Source: a virus
Reading direction: 5' to 3' (one strand)
UHGV virus genome: UHGV-0134778
Length of the DNA: 64,000 nucleotides
The notes under the pieces were generated by a model, which was not told where the DNA came from, did no database searches, and was given only the letters and a program-made list of their open reading frames with translations. This document shows, in pieces, positions 63,663 through 64,000 of this stretch. Made by a program: the position numbers and the translations under genes. How positions within the stretch are numbered: position 1 is the stretch's first letter; each line of letters opens with the position of its first letter.

Positions 63663-64000
63663 TGTTATAAAACCTCTCAAGATCAGGCCTAAAAGTAAAT
63701 CTTTCGTTATTGAATCCGTCACGCCAGGCGGCTGGCTTCAAATCTTCACTAAATGGATTAATTAACGTGGCATTATTTAAACGGTTGGCCCACATATTTT
63801 CTATTCCTCTCAAATAGGCGATCCGCCTCAGTTAAACATATCTCATGGGCGTGATCTCTGGTTTTAGCTTCATCAAAAACCTGTTGTGCAAGGCTGCAAC
63901 GTAGGGAGACTGGAAGATCACTATAATAGGCGTTGACAAACGTTTGAGCGTCGTACAGGTCTGAAAATACTTTACCCTTTCTATTATTCCCCTTGTCAAC

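Noticed and set aside
1-64000. Integrase, excisionase, CI-like repressor, transposase, or ribosomal RNA genes
   Set aside because: No recombinase or repressor motifs and no rRNA-like sequence were recognised on either strand; the window looks like a virulent phage without a lysogeny module

Overview
The window looks like part of a virulent tailed dsDNA phage genome (no integrase or repressor module seen; roughly 42-45% GC by eye; probably a Gram-negative host, given a lambda-R-type endolysin, Rz/Rz1-type spanins and sigma70-like promoters). Coordinates I derived by hand may be off by 1-2 nt; ORF-track coordinates are used where possible. All protein calls rest on motifs recognised by eye, not on database searches. 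Layout: (1) 1-13.3 kb, minus strand: late structural and packaging module (putative tail tube and sheath, head-completion proteins, lambda-E-like major capsid, decoration, scaffold, XkdF-like protease, portal, large terminase split by a ~1 kb HNH-encoding insertion, then an Rz/Rz1 spanin pair). (2) 13.7-14.5 kb, minus strand: cluster of six canonical tRNA genes (Pro, Met/Ile2, Thr, Ser, Tyr, Arg) plus one atypical 99-nt tRNA-like element. (3) 14.6-18.4 kb, minus strand: small genes, two GC-rich non-coding islands, a four-copy iteron-like palindromic repeat array next to an AT-rich tract, an HTH protein, and a polynucleotide-kinase-like P-loop kinase plus calcineurin-like phosphoesterase. (4) 18.5-56.3 kb, plus strand: early/middle block driven by many TTGACA-N17-TATAAT-like promoters, encoding an RNA-ligase-like protein, a Sir2-family protein, ATP-dependent DNA ligase, endolysin, nucleases (FEN-like, RuvC-like, Endo VII-like, DnaQ-like, HNH), two DNA methyltransferases, dNMP kinase, HAD nucleotidase, ThyX, NrdA/NrdB/glutaredoxin, NrdD interrupted by a putative group I intron with HNH endonuclease, NrdG, PhoH, a ClpP-like protease, and about 45 small ORFs including paralogous families. 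(5) 56.3-58.8 kb: a 2.5 kb ORF-free, repeat-rich region. (6) 58.8-64 kb, minus strand: small genes separated by GC-rich hairpins. The most interesting candidates are a three-gene RNA-repair-like set (kinase, phosphoesterase, ligase), the Sir2-family gene, the stand-alone ClpP-like protease, the two split genes, the iteron-like array and the large non-coding repeat region.
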